Under the pieces are notes generated by a model. That model did no database searches. It saw only the letters and a program-made list of their open reading frames with translations, and had not been told where the DNA came from. 31,683 nucleotides of DNA from a virus (Duplodnaviria > Caudoviricetes), in IMG/VR virus record IMGVR_UViG_3300025012_000225, positions 1 through 31,683 of that record. One strand, written 5' to 3'. This document shows, one piece after another, positions 18,820 through 28,914 of the stretch; position 1 is the first letter of the stretch; every line of letters begins with the position of its first letter. The position numbers and the translations under genes are program-made.

Positions 18820-20037
18820 ATGCAATATTGTAGTATATGTGGTGTATCAGAATTAAATACATCAAGATTTAATAAAAATAGTAAATATGGGAAAAATTTA
18901 TGTAACAAGCATTATTTGCAAATAAAGAATCATGGTAAAATAATTGATTCTTCACAACCGGATATAAATGATAAGAGAATATATTGGAAACCAGAAGAAG
19001 AAAATAAATTAATAGAATTAGTAGAAAAAATAATTCCATATAAAGAGATTGCAGAAATATTACATAAAAGTGTTACATCAATTAATAGTAAAGTAAATCA
19101 AATGGGAATAAAAACAAAATATAAAAATAGCAATAAATTTAAAGCTATATATCAAGATTATAATTGGTGTTATCAAAAATATATGGTTGAAGGTTTAAGT
19201 CATAAAGAAATGGCAAAAGAAGCAAAATGTACAAAAAGAGTGATTGAAAAATGGTGTACCGAAATACATAGAATAACTCAAGAATATAGACAAGTTAATA
19301 AGCAATTAAATGAAAAACAAAAAGATTTAATTATTGGTTCAATGTTAGGGGATGGTCATATTGATAAGAGAGAAGATCAACCTATATTTATAGAATCACA
19401 TGCAGAAAATCAAAAAGATTATTTATATTATAAATATAATAATCTTAAGGAATTCTGTAATATTTCTCCTGTTAGGAAAGAAGCATGTTATAGAGAATTT
19501 AATGGTAAAATGTATTTATGTCAACCACAATATAGATTATCTACAAGAATACATGATTGTTTATTAGAATATAGAGGAAAATCATATACATATTTATTAA
19601 ATTTAATGAATAAATTTTCATTTTCAATTTGGATGTTAGATGATGGTTATAGAGATAAGTCTAATTGGGAATTATGTGTTGCAGAATATACTCAAGATGA
19701 TATTGATTATGCTATAAATATTTTTAAAGAAAAATTTGAATTAATTTGCTGGCAAGAAAAAGATATTAGATATTTACGATTTGATGCTCCATCTTCTAGA
19801 AAAATAGATAAAATTATATTAAATAATATTCCTAATGATTTAGATATTATTAAATATAAAATAACAGAAAATAAAAATATTTATGGAGAAGAAAAAAAAA
19901 TTTATATTAAATATAAAAATGAAGAAATATTATTTACAGATTTATGTAAAAAATATAATTTAGATTACAAAAGTACATGGCAAAGAGTATTTAAAAATAA
20001 TGAAAATATCAGTAATATAATAGGTATATGCCAATGA
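18820..20037 (+). CDS. Free-standing LAGLIDADG homing endonuclease with N-terminal Cys/HTH modules
   Basis: IIGSMLGDGHI and SIWMLDDG motifs; SD AGGAGG before ATG 18820. Confidence 0.85.
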   Translation: MQYCSICGVSELNTSRFNKNSKYGKNLCNKHYLQIKNHGKIIDSSQPDINDKRIYWKPEEENKLIELVEKIIPYKEIAEILHKSVTSINSKVNQMGIKTKYKNSNKFKAIYQDYNWCYQKYMVEGLSHKEMAKEAKCTKRVIEKWCTEIHRITQEYRQVNKQLNEKQKDLIIGSMLGDGHIDKREDQPIFIESHAENQKDYLYYKYNNLKEFCNISPVRKEACYREFNGKMYLCQPQYRLSTRIHDCLLEYRGKSYTYLLNLMNKFSFSIWMLDDGYRDKSNWELCVAEYTQDDIDYAINIFKEKFELICWQEKDIRYLRFDAPSSRKIDKIILNNIPNDLDIIKYKITENKNIYGEEKKIYIKYKNEEILFTDLCKKYNLDYKSTWQRVFKNNENISNIIGICQ

Positions 20038-23000
20038 AAAAAATTATTGAAAAAATTATTCCTAAATTAAAATTTAAATTCCCATATACTATTGAAGATT
20101 ATTCAGAAAATTTATATTGTGAAAATTACCATAAGCATTCATTTTTTAGTAATACCTCAGTAGCAGATAGTCCTGAATCTATGAAAACATATGCACAACA
20201 AACTATTGAATATAAAGGAAAATGTTTATTTAGTGGTGAGCATGGGAATCAAGGGAATCAATTTGAAGTTTATAAATTAGCAGAAGAATATAATTTAAAA
20301 TATAGACATTCAGTTGAAGCATATTGGGTAAAAGATAGATTAAAAGAATATCCTGAAATTGATAAAGAAACTGGAGAATATAAAATAGATACAAAAACAG
20401 GAGAAATTAAAACATATAAAGATAAAACAAATTGTCATATATGTCTTACAGCTAAAAATCCTGAAGGGAGAGAAGATATTAACTATATTCTCTCTCTGGC
20501 TAATATTGATGGTTATTATTATAAACCAAGAATTGATTTAGAATTATTATTAAATATTCCAAAAGATAATATTATAATCACTTCTGCTTGTTTTGAAAAA
20601 GATACTAAAGTATTAACAAAAAACGAAATTAAAAATATTCAAGATGTAAGATCAGGTGATTTTGTTCTTACACATAAAGGAACTTGGGAAAAAGTTATTG
20701 TACCAACAAAAAGAGAATATAATGGTGAAATGTATAATTTGTTTATTGAAGGTTGTTTTGAAAGTATAAAATGTACTAAAGATCATAAATTTCCAACAAT
20801 AAATAAAACACATTCAGATGTAACGAAAAAAATAATTTGGAAAAAAGCAAGTGAATTAACAACAGAAGATAGAATATTAAGTGCAATAGATGGGACTATA
20901 GAAATTACAGAGCATATCGATGTTGATTTAATTTTAAATAACTATAGAGAAAATTGTAATTTAGGTAGACCATTAAAATCTCCTATTATAAAATCTAAAA
21001 TAGAAGTAGATAATTTATTTCTACAAATATTAGGTTTATATGTAGCAGAAGGGAATATAAATAAAAAAAATAATTATATTTGTTTTACTATTAATAAAAA
21101 AGAAAATAATTTATATAATTTAATTAATGAATTTAGTTTAAAATATTTAAATAAACCTGCTATTATCCAAGATAAAAAAAATACAAATGGAATGTCTGTT
21201 TTAATTCATAGCAAAGAAATGGCATTATTATTTTCTTATTTAATTCCATCAGGGTCAATTAATAAAAAAACACCTAATTTTATTCTAAGATTACCTCCAT
21301 TTTTACAAATGGAATATATAAAAGGTTTGTTTTTAGGAGATGGACATATTGCTAAAAATTTAAACAGAGTAAATTATGTAACAATATCAGAGCAATTAGC
21401 ATATGAAGTTGGTTATATATTAGAAAGAAATGGTTTAAAAAGTTGTTGTTCGATTAGAAATGAGAAAATAGATAAAAACAATATACATCATAATAAAGTT
21501 TATGTGATTGAGATTAATAATAAAGAATTCTATCAATACTGGAAATTATATTTAGAATCAAACGAAAAATATGATTTTAAACATATAGGATGGAATTCAA
21601 AAAAGCCTGTATACATAGATGGGGTAAATTATATACATAGAAGAGTAAGAAAAATTGAAACATATGATTATAATGATTATGTATATTGTTTAAGTGTAGA
21701 AAATACACCTTCTTTTAGAATAGAAGGAATTTCTGTTCATAATTGTATTGCAGGATGGAAATATGAAGATGCAGAAGATATATGGTTGAAAATACATAAT
21801 TATTTTGGTGATAATTTTTTATTAGAAATACAAAATCATAATACAAAAAGTCAAAAATTATTAAACAAAAAAATCTTAGAAATATCTAAAAAGCATAATA
21901 TTCAAATTATTTGTGGCTTGGATAGTCATTATGTTAAACCAGAGAATACCATTAAAAGAGATCAAATATTAAAATATAAAGGAATTATATATGAAGATGA
22001 AGAAGGATGGTATTTAGATTTTCCAGATGGTAAAGAAATATTTAATAGATTTAAAATCCAAGGTATATTAAATGATGAAGAAATTATAACTTCAATGATG
22101 AATACAAATATATTTATTAATGAATGTGAAGATATAATATTTGATAAACATTTTAAAATACCTTGTTTATATCAAGATAAAACATATGAAGAAAAAGTAA
22201 AGATTTTTAAAAAAATATTAAATGAAAGATATAAAGAAGAAAAATTAAAAACATCTGAAAAAGTAAAAGGAATAAAATATGAAGTAGGAGAGATTGTTGA
22301 TAGTGGAGTTGTAGATTATTTTTTAACAAATGATAAAATTATTAATAAGGCTGTTAATGAAAAAGGTGGTATTTTAACTACAACTTCAAGAGGAAGTTCA
22401 GCATCTTTTATTGTAAATAAATTATTAAGATTTACTACGATTGATAGATTTAATTGTGAAATACCTATTTATCCAGAAAGATTTCTTACAAAAGAAAGAG
22501 TATTAAGTGGGCAAATGCCAGATATTGACTATAATTTAGCTATAGCAGAACCATTTGTAGAAGCTACAAGAGAATTAATAGGGGAACATAGTTGTTATCC
22601 TCTTATGGCAATTGGAAAATTAAAAGAAAAAGCAGCATGGCAATTATATGCAGGGGCAAATGATGTTACACCTGAACATGCAAATGAAATTTCTAAATTC
22701 ATTGATAAATATAATGAAAAAATAAAATATGCAGATGAAATAGATAGAGAATTTATAAATATTGAAGATTTTATTCCAGAAGAATATATAGATATTTATA
22801 AAGGTAGTTTAGAATATCAAGGTATTGTAATAAATTTAAAATGTCATGCTTGTGGATATTTACTTCTAGAAGGAGATATAAGAAGAAAAATTGGTTTAAT
22901 AAATGCAGTATCAGAAACAACAGGAAAACGTACATTATGTGCTTGTATTGAAGGGAATTATCTAGATGAATTTGGTTATGTAAAAAATGATTACCTTATA

Positions 23001-24554
23001 GTTGATAGTGTTCATTTAACTCATAAATTTTTTCAAAGTATTAATAAAGATGTTCCTAGTTTTGATGAATTAAGAGAAATGATTGATGGAGATAAATTAA
23101 CATGGGATATATATGCTAAAGGAATTACTTGTTGTGTAAATCAGGTGGAAAAAGAATCTACAACAAAAAAAGTAAAACAATACAAACCAACAACATTAGC
23201 AGAATCTAGTGCATTTATTGCAGGAATTAGACCAGGATTTAAATCTCTCATCGGAACATTTTTAGCAAGAGAAAAATATACAACAGGAGAAGAAACAGTA
23301 GATAGAATATTAGAAGATAGTTATCATTTCATGTTATATCAAGAATCAATTATGAAATTATTATCATATTTAGGATTAACAATGGGGGAAGCATATGGAG
23401 TTCTTAAAGCAATATCTAAGAAAAAATTAAAAGGAAAACAATTAGATGACCTTCAAAAAAAATTGAAAGAAAATTGGATGAATATAATTGGGAATCTAGA
23501 TAATTTTGAAAAAATATGGAAAGTAATAGAAGCATCTGCTTTTTATGCTTTTAATGCTCCTCATGCTTTATCGATGGGAGGAGATAGTGCTTATCAAGCA
23601 TGGTTTAAAGCACATCATACAGCAAAATTTTATGAAGTAGCAATAAATCATTATCAAGATAAAAATAAAAAAGATAAAATTGATGCTCTTGTAAAAGAAG
23701 CATTATCATTTTATGGTTATAGATTAGGTGATTATGAATTTGGTAAAGATAATAGAAGAGTTAATATTGATGAAAAAAATAAAATTATATATCCTAATCT
23801 ATCTAGCATAAAAGGATTTGGTGAAGGGGTAGTACAAATACTATATGAATTAGGTAGTAATGAATTTAAAAGTTTTGTAGAATTTTTAGATTCATTAAAA
23901 GGTCTTAAAATAAATAAAACTATTATAGATAAATTAGTTAAATTAAATTATTTTAAAAAATTTGGAGAAGTGAATACCTTATTAGAAATTATTAAATGGT
24001 ATGATATATTTAGAGATGCAAAAGAAATTTCAAAATCTAAAATTGAAAATTACGGATTAGATTTAAAATTTGTAATTCAATATGGAAATGAAACTGCAAA
24101 AAAAATCACAAAACTTAAAAGCAAAGAATTATTGCAAGATATAATAAAAAATATAAAAAATATTCCATTAACAGTAAAAGAAATTATAGATAATCAAAAA
24201 GAAATTTTAGGTATTATTACTTATATTGATAAATCATATTCAGATGATATTTATTATGTTTCTAATTTAGAAGTTATGAAATCAATAGTAAAAGTTAATT
24301 TGTATCAAATTAGTAATGGTACTATATTAGAAATTAAATTATGGACTAATCAATATAATAGAAATAACTTTCAACAAAGTGATTTTTTATATGTAAAAAA
24401 CTTTGATATCAAACCACAAAAGTCTCCTACTGGGGAAATTAATTTAGAAACAGGAAAGAAAATTTATAGAGAAGTAGAAGGTACTGAAGAATTTTGGATG
24501 CCAAAATATCAGAATATATCTTATAAATTTCAAAGTGAGGTAGAATATGATTAA
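20028..24554 (+). CDS. dnaE: DNA polymerase III alpha subunit (PHP + polymerase), intein-containing
   Basis: NYHKHS, DSHY, RGSSAS, FLTKER..MPDID, HACG, VKND, YQE, YAFNAPHA, IKGFG. Confidence 0.92.
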   Translation: MPMKKIIEKIIPKLKFKFPYTIEDYSENLYCENYHKHSFFSNTSVADSPESMKTYAQQTIEYKGKCLFSGEHGNQGNQFEVYKLAEEYNLKYRHSVEAYWVKDRLKEYPEIDKETGEYKIDTKTGEIKTYKDKTNCHICLTAKNPEGREDINYILSLANIDGYYYKPRIDLELLLNIPKDNIIITSACFEKDTKVLTKNEIKNIQDVRSGDFVLTHKGTWEKVIVPTKREYNGEMYNLFIEGCFESIKCTKDHKFPTINKTHSDVTKKIIWKKASELTTEDRILSAIDGTIEITEHIDVDLILNNYRENCNLGRPLKSPIIKSKIEVDNLFLQILGLYVAEGNINKKNNYICFTINKKENNLYNLINEFSLKYLNKPAIIQDKKNTNGMSVLIHSKEMALLFSYLIPSGSINKKTPNFILRLPPFLQMEYIKGLFLGDGHIAKNLNRVNYVTISEQLAYEVGYILERNGLKSCCSIRNEKIDKNNIHHNKVYVIEINNKEFYQYWKLYLESNEKYDFKHIGWNSKKPVYIDGVNYIHRRVRKIETYDYNDYVYCLSVENTPSFRIEGISVHNCIAGWKYEDAEDIWLKIHNYFGDNFLLEIQNHNTKSQKLLNKKILEISKKHNIQIICGLDSHYVKPENTIKRDQILKYKGIIYEDEEGWYLDFPDGKEIFNRFKIQGILNDEEIITSMMNTNIFINECEDIIFDKHFKIPCLYQDKTYEEKVKIFKKILNERYKEEKLKTSEKVKGIKYEVGEIVDSGVVDYFLTNDKIINKAVNEKGGILTTTSRGSSASFIVNKLLRFTTIDRFNCEIPIYPERFLTKERVLSGQMPDIDYNLAIAEPFVEATRELIGEHSCYPLMAIGKLKEKAAWQLYAGANDVTPEHANEISKFIDKYNEKIKYADEIDREFINIEDFIPEEYIDIYKGSLEYQGIVINLKCHACGYLLLEGDIRRKIGLINAVSETTGKRTLCACIEGNYLDEFGYVKNDYLIVDSVHLTHKFFQSINKDVPSFDELREMIDGDKLTWDIYAKGITCCVNQVEKESTTKKVKQYKPTTLAESSAFIAGIRPGFKSLIGTFLAREKYTTGEETVDRILEDSYHFMLYQESIMKLLSYLGLTMGEAYGVLKAISKKKLKGKQLDDLQKKLKENWMNIIGNLDNFEKIWKVIEASAFYAFNAPHALSMGGDSAYQAWFKAHHTAKFYEVAINHYQDKNKKDKIDALVKEALSFYGYRLGDYEFGKDNRRVNIDEKNKIIYPNLSSIKGFGEGVVQILYELGSNEFKSFVEFLDSLKGLKINKTIIDKLVKLNYFKKFGEVNTLLEIIKWYDIFRDAKEISKSKIENYGLDLKFVIQYGNETAKKITKLKSKELLQDIIKNIKNIPLTVKEIIDNQKEILGIITYIDKSYSDDIYYVSNLEVMKSIVKVNLYQISNGTILEIKLWTNQYNRNNFQQSDFLYVKNFDIKPQKSPTGEINLETGKKIYREVEGTEEFWMPKYQNISYKFQSEVEYD
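20589..21743 (+). mobile_element. Intein (385 aa) with LAGLIDADG endonuclease in the DnaE PHP domain
   Basis: TSA|CFEKDT, block B CTKDHKF, ILGLYVAEG, YIKGLFLGDG, VYCLSVE, VHN|C. Confidence 0.93.
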
Positions 24555-25080
24555 TCAATATAAATACACAGATAAACAACAAGAAGAATTATTATCATCT
24601 ATTACAATTATTGTAGACACAAGAGAAAAAGAAAATAAAAATATTATTGATTATTTTGAAAAGAAAAAGATAAGATATAATAAAAAAACATTAGATTATG
24701 GTGATTATAGTTTCTTCTTGCCACAAAATATTGAATTATCAATTCCTAGAGATTTATATTTTGATAAAAAAATTGCTATAGAAAGAAAAATGTCTCTTGA
24801 AGAATTAAGTGGTAATTTTTCTCAACATCGAGATAGATTTGAGAAAGAATTTGGTCTTTATAAAGGGAAAATGTATTTATTAATTGAGAATTCAAATTAT
24901 GAAGATATTTGCAATGGCAATTATAAAACTGAATATAATAAAAAATCATATTTAGGAAGTTTACATAGTTTTTCTAATAGGTATAATTTATCTATTATGT
25001 TTATGCCAAATAGTCAATATAGTGGACTATATATTTGGGCGACATTCTATTATTATTTAAGAAATTTAATAAAATACTAA
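24547..25080 (+). CDS. ERCC4/XPF-family nuclease
   Basis: IIVDTREK, LDYGDY, IERK, LLIE motifs. Confidence 0.88.
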   Translation: MINQYKYTDKQQEELLSSITIIVDTREKENKNIIDYFEKKKIRYNKKTLDYGDYSFFLPQNIELSIPRDLYFDKKIAIERKMSLEELSGNFSQHRDRFEKEFGLYKGKMYLLIENSNYEDICNGNYKTEYNKKSYLGSLHSFSNRYNLSIMFMPNSQYSGLYIWATFYYYLRNLIKY

Positions 25081-25090
25081 AATAAATAAC

Positions 25091-25119
25091 TTGACATTTA
25101 ATCCATCATCATTTATAAT
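25091..25119 (+). promoter_or_regulatory. SigA-type promoter of the accessory gene array
   Basis: TTGACA-17-TATAAT exact consensus. Confidence 0.85.
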
Positions 25120-25209
25120 ATAAACAGACAGGAAGAGAGTAGATATAATTATAAAATATTTAAAATTCTCTCTCTTCCTTTTAATTAAAGTAAAGGAGAA
25201 AGAATATAA

Positions 25210-25539
25210 ATGCTAGATAAACAAGAATTGATACATAAAATGCAAGAACGTGGATTTACTGTATATGCAAACATAGGAAAAGCAAAAATACAATTTATAT
25301 CTTCTCATATGTATGATATTCATTATAAAGAAAATACATTACCACGAAAAAGAATACCTATAATAAATATAATAGTAGATTTAGAGTATAATGAATTTGA
25401 ATGTATTTACAATATTAACGAAAGTACTAATACTTTAAATACTGGAATATGTGGTTCTATCCTTAATGATAAACATTTTGATAATATTGTTGGTAAATTT
25501 GAATCTCATGCAAAAATATTAGAAAAATATACATTATAA
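25210..25539 (+). CDS. Hypothetical protein
   Basis: SD AAGGAG; 109-aa ORF. Confidence 0.75.
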   Translation: MLDKQELIHKMQERGFTVYANIGKAKIQFISSHMYDIHYKENTLPRKRIPIINIIVDLEYNEFECIYNINESTNTLNTGICGSILNDKHFDNIVGKFESHAKILEKYTL

Positions 25540-25568
25540 TCTAAAATATCAAAAATCCCTAATTCCAC

Positions 25569-25629
25569 AAACCCTTATAAATCAACACTTTCTAATTTCC
25601 AAAATCAACACGAAATCGATGTTTTGTCA
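25569..25629. repeat. Composite site: AAACCCTT palindrome + CAAAATC + core
   Basis: AAACCCTTataaatcAACACTTT...CAAAATC...ACACGAAA tcgatg TTTTGTCA; aligns without gaps to 28915-28975. Confidence 0.7.
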
Positions 25630-25663
25630 CGATTTACCAAAATTTAATAAAAGGAGATTAATT

Positions 25664-25852
25664 ATGAACAAGAGTACTTATTCATTGATTGAAAATAACC
25701 CAGAAGTTACAGAAATATATAATGCACTAGATGAACTTAGAGAAAATAATCATACATTTGGATTTAATGCTTATGATTTATTAGAAAACGCAGAAGAAAT
25801 TTATTATTTGTTAAATATGTTTTTAAAAATTAAGTTAAAGGAGATCAACTAA
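25664..25852 (+). CDS. Hypothetical protein
   Basis: SD AAGGAG before ATG 25664. Confidence 0.7.
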   Translation: MNKSTYSLIENNPEVTEIYNALDELRENNHTFGFNAYDLLENAEEIYYLLNMFLKIKLKEIN

Positions 25853-25853
25853 T

Positions 25854-26276
25854 ATGAAAAATAAAACAATAGAATTCACAGCAATCAATTCTGGAGATTA
25901 TGAATGTTTTTGTTGGGAAGTTGATATAGAAACATTTAAAAGAATAAAAGGTAAAGAACCAGATATATTTGATTATTCCGAAATAGATGATTCAGATTTT
26001 GATAATTATAAACCAATAGGAGATAAGGTTAGATTGTACCCTGATGATATTTTTAGTAAAGATAGTAAAGTTAAAGTTAAAATAGAAATTGAAACATTAG
26101 AAATATATTGCAGAGGTTGTGGTAAAATATTAAAACCTTCAGAATTAAAATCTCATAATAAAGATAAAAGTTTTGATGAATATTTTTGTGACGATTGTTT
26201 AAGTGTTTGTTCAGTATGCGGAAAATTATTTGCTGATTATTATGATACAGGTAAATGTGATAGTTGTGCAGATTAA
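25854..26276 (+). CDS. Hypothetical protein with C-terminal multi-CxxC zinc finger
   Basis: CRGC, CDDC, CSVC, CDSC. Confidence 0.75.
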   Translation: MKNKTIEFTAINSGDYECFCWEVDIETFKRIKGKEPDIFDYSEIDDSDFDNYKPIGDKVRLYPDDIFSKDSKVKVKIEIETLEIYCRGCGKILKPSELKSHNKDKSFDEYFCDDCLSVCSVCGKLFADYYDTGKCDSCAD

Positions 26277-26323
26277 AATTATGAGAAAGATAATTAAAAT
26301 TATAAGGGAGGTAAATAAAAATT

Positions 26324-26581
26324 ATGAAAAATACTACTATCTATGATGATTTAATTGATATTGCATTAGATATTAAAGATAAAGAATGGTTTAATCAATT
26401 AATTAAATTAAAAAGTGAAAAAACTAAAGAAGTAACTTTTATAGAAGCATTAACTGCATGGTCTAATGGAAAGATAATTCAAGGTGTTTTTGGTGATAAA
26501 GTAGTTATAGTAAATAATAATATGGATGAAGTTAGATTAGGAAAGGAATTCATGAAAGGTAAATATTATATACTAGATTAA
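26324..26581 (+). CDS. Small protein with IDEAL-like N-terminus
   Basis: LIDIALDIKDKEWFNQL; SD GGAGGT. Confidence 0.65.
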   Translation: MKNTTIYDDLIDIALDIKDKEWFNQLIKLKSEKTKEVTFIEALTAWSNGKIIQGVFGDKVVIVNNNMDEVRLGKEFMKGKYYILD

Positions 26582-26649
26582 AATAATATAAAGAAGGATA
26601 AACAAATTGTTATAATGGTTAAAGCAGAATATAAAGGAGAATAAATTCA

Positions 26650-26985
26650 TTGGAATATATAAATATTATATATAAAAACTATACTAAAGATCAGGTAAAA
26701 TATTGGATTGAAAAAGAAGGTATATGGTATATTAATAAAAGAATTGATGATAAAGGGTATAGGCTTATATTTTATAGTCATTGCAATGACTATTCTGTTA
26801 GAGATATAGACTGTATATTAGATGAGTATAATGGTGATTATAAAGAAATTACTAATAAGATGCTTAATACAATTAATGCACAACAATATGGGTATCCAAG
26901 AAATAAAATGTACATAAAATTATTAAGAAAAACACCTATGGGTTATTTCCCAATATTTGAAGGATTTGTTCTAGATATATTTTAA
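26650..26985 (+). CDS. Hypothetical protein
   Basis: SD AAGGAG, TTG start. Confidence 0.7.
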   Translation: MEYINIIYKNYTKDQVKYWIEKEGIWYINKRIDDKGYRLIFYSHCNDYSVRDIDCILDEYNGDYKEITNKMLNTINAQQYGYPRNKMYIKLLRKTPMGYFPIFEGFVLDIF

Positions 26986-27015
26986 TAAATCTACATAAGA
27001 AAGAAGGAATTAATC

Positions 27016-27414
27016 ATAAGAAAAATTAAAAGTAGTTTAATAGATGATAAGCACAAAGATGATGAAGAAATAGAAAATGAAAAACAATACATAGAAGACG
27101 AAGATGATTCAAGTAATGAAGATTCTGCAAATAAAAATAATTGTCCAAACTTAATCAGAGAAATAATTAAAAAGACATGGACAGCAAAAGATGGATATGA
27201 AATGTATATGGAGTATCCTAAATACAGTTGTAAAGATATTAAAGAGAAAAGTATGAAAGGGAATATAGGGTGCTGTGGTAATATTAAATGGTGTGATAAA
27301 AAATTAAATAAGGATAAGAAAGATAAAAAAGAAGGAAATGAAAACTATAGTAAGATTGCAACGGAGATTAAGAAGGTTAAAAAGAAACAAAAAGAAAATA
27401 ATAAAGGAGAATAA
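27016..27414 (+). CDS. Hypothetical protein (probable ATA start; track start 27202)
   Basis: Frame open from ATA 27016 behind SD AGAAGGA; acidic N-terminal part, Cys-containing C-terminal part. Confidence 0.55.
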   Translation: MRKIKSSLIDDKHKDDEEIENEKQYIEDEDDSSNEDSANKNNCPNLIREIIKKTWTAKDGYEMYMEYPKYSCKDIKEKSMKGNIGCCGNIKWCDKKLNKDKKDKKEGNENYSKIATEIKKVKKKQKENNKGE

Positions 27415-27421
27415 TATTAAT

Positions 27422-27684
27422 ATGTTTAATATTAATGAAATAAAAAATAAAACAAAAGAAAATGAAATACGTTTTATGGTTAAATTTGAAAATGAAAATA
27501 AAGAATTATTACAAAAAATTAAAAATGTTATTGATGAAGAAGTTAATAATCTAAATAGAGGTGCTTACTAAAAGGATTTGAAACCAATCTATCTACCTAT
27601 AGTTTTTCGATTTATTGGAATGAAAAAGAATTTAATATTGAAGATTACATAAGAGAAATCGTGAATGAATGTATTGATAATTAA
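27422..27684 (+). pseudogene. Probable frameshifted hypothetical gene
   Basis: SD + ATG 27422, stop at 27571; a protein-like frame (LLKGFETNLSTYSFSIYWNE...) continues 27559-27684 without a start codon. Confidence 0.45.
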
Positions 27685-27729
27685 TAAATTGACTATTATT
27701 AGTTGTGAAAATATAAAAGGAGAATAATT

Positions 27730-28038
27730 ATGAAAAAATTTGAAAACTTTAGTTTTACAACAAAACTTACAAATAAAAAATTAACAATTGAAATCCCAAT
27801 TAATATTTTAGTAAAAGCATTTGAACTTTATCCTAATAATTATAATGAATCAAAAGTTAAAAAAGGTAAAAAACAAATGTTTGCTGAATTTGTAGCAAAA
27901 CAAATTATAGAAGAACGTTTAGATAGTGAAACAGGTGATTCTCCAATGTCTAAAGCATTTGATAATGTTTTTGATTTACTATTTGAAGGATATGAAGATG
28001 GAAGAGATTTTATTGATTTTGGTGAAGATTATAAATAA
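27730..28038 (+). CDS. Hypothetical protein
   Basis: SD AAGGAG; 102 aa. Confidence 0.75.
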   Translation: MKKFENFSFTTKLTNKKLTIEIPINILVKAFELYPNNYNESKVKKGKKQMFAEFVAKQIIEERLDSETGDSPMSKAFDNVFDLLFEGYEDGRDFIDFGEDYK

Positions 28039-28056
28039 ACTAAGGAGAATATTTAT

Positions 28057-28497
28057 ATGAAAAAGATTAAAAAATTCCATTATGAGAAACTAAATAGAGG
28101 TGGGTTAAGATTGCCAGATCAAAGTGTTATATGTAAGAAAATAGAAGAAATTATTGATTGTATTAATAATATGAATACTATTGATAAAACTCCTAATACA
28201 ATCAATAATACAAATGATGATACTAATACTATAAAACAAATTGTAGAAAATAGTTTACAAATAATATTTAATGAAATTGATAAAATAAAAAATATTACAT
28301 ATACACAAATTAAACATAGACATTTAGACAATACTTTTGATATTAGGGATGCAATCTCAGATACAAAATTGCATGAGTATTTTAGAAATATTCAAATTCA
28401 TGGAAAACAATATGATGGTGATAAAGTATTAAATGTTATTAAAGATTATATAGATTATGAAATTGAATTATTAGTAGAAAAAGATCAATGGAATTAA
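28057..28497 (+). CDS. Hypothetical protein
   Basis: SD AAGGAG; 146 aa with an N/T-rich linker. Confidence 0.75.
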   Translation: MKKIKKFHYEKLNRGGLRLPDQSVICKKIEEIIDCINNMNTIDKTPNTINNTNDDTNTIKQIVENSLQIIFNEIDKIKNITYTQIKHRHLDNTFDIRDAISDTKLHEYFRNIQIHGKQYDGDKVLNVIKDYIDYEIELLVEKDQWN

Positions 28498-28509
28498 AGG
28501 AGGGCAACC

Positions 28510-28887
28510 ATGTTATACATAACATATTTTCATAAAATAAATCAATTACCAGAAGAAACTAAGAAACTTATAATCACAAGATTTCCTCCAAAATGGTTTG
28601 ATGTAAATAAATATCCTAATACATATATCGTAAAAGAATTAGCACCTTATGCAGAAACACTTTTAGAATATAAAAAAGATAATGATTGGAATAAATATGT
28701 TGAAAGATTTAATAAGCAAATGCAAGAAGATCATATAATGGGATATTATTTAGATAAGTTATATTTAAAATTATCTCAAGGTCATAGCTATGCTTTAATA
28801 TGTTATGAAAAAGATTACATTCATTGTCATAGGTATTTAATAGCAAAATATTTAGAGAGTAAAGGTATTGAGTGGAGAGAAATTTAA
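28510..28887 (+). CDS. DUF488-family protein
   Basis: ELAP...W..Y..RF..QM and LICYEK....CHR motifs. Confidence 0.75.
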   Translation: MLYITYFHKINQLPEETKKLIITRFPPKWFDVNKYPNTYIVKELAPYAETLLEYKKDNDWNKYVERFNKQMQEDHIMGYYLDKLYLKLSQGHSYALICYEKDYIHCHRYLIAKYLESKGIEWREI

Positions 28888-28914
28888 AAAATACGATATA
28901 TTACGTAAAAACGG

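Noticed and set aside
18820-20037. Group I intron-encoded endonuclease
   Set aside because: The flanking genes look complete, the ORF has its own SD, and there is no room for intron core sequence.
27689-27717. TTGACT-17-TATAAA promoter
   Set aside because: The implied start site would fall in or after the SD of the next gene; probably a chance match.
358-28331. Minus-strand ORFs in the track (358, 3606, 6380, 7718, 11753, 13517, 13729, 16765, 17522, 28119)
   Set aside because: They are antisense shadows of well-supported plus-strand genes, with F/L/I-rich composition and no motifs.
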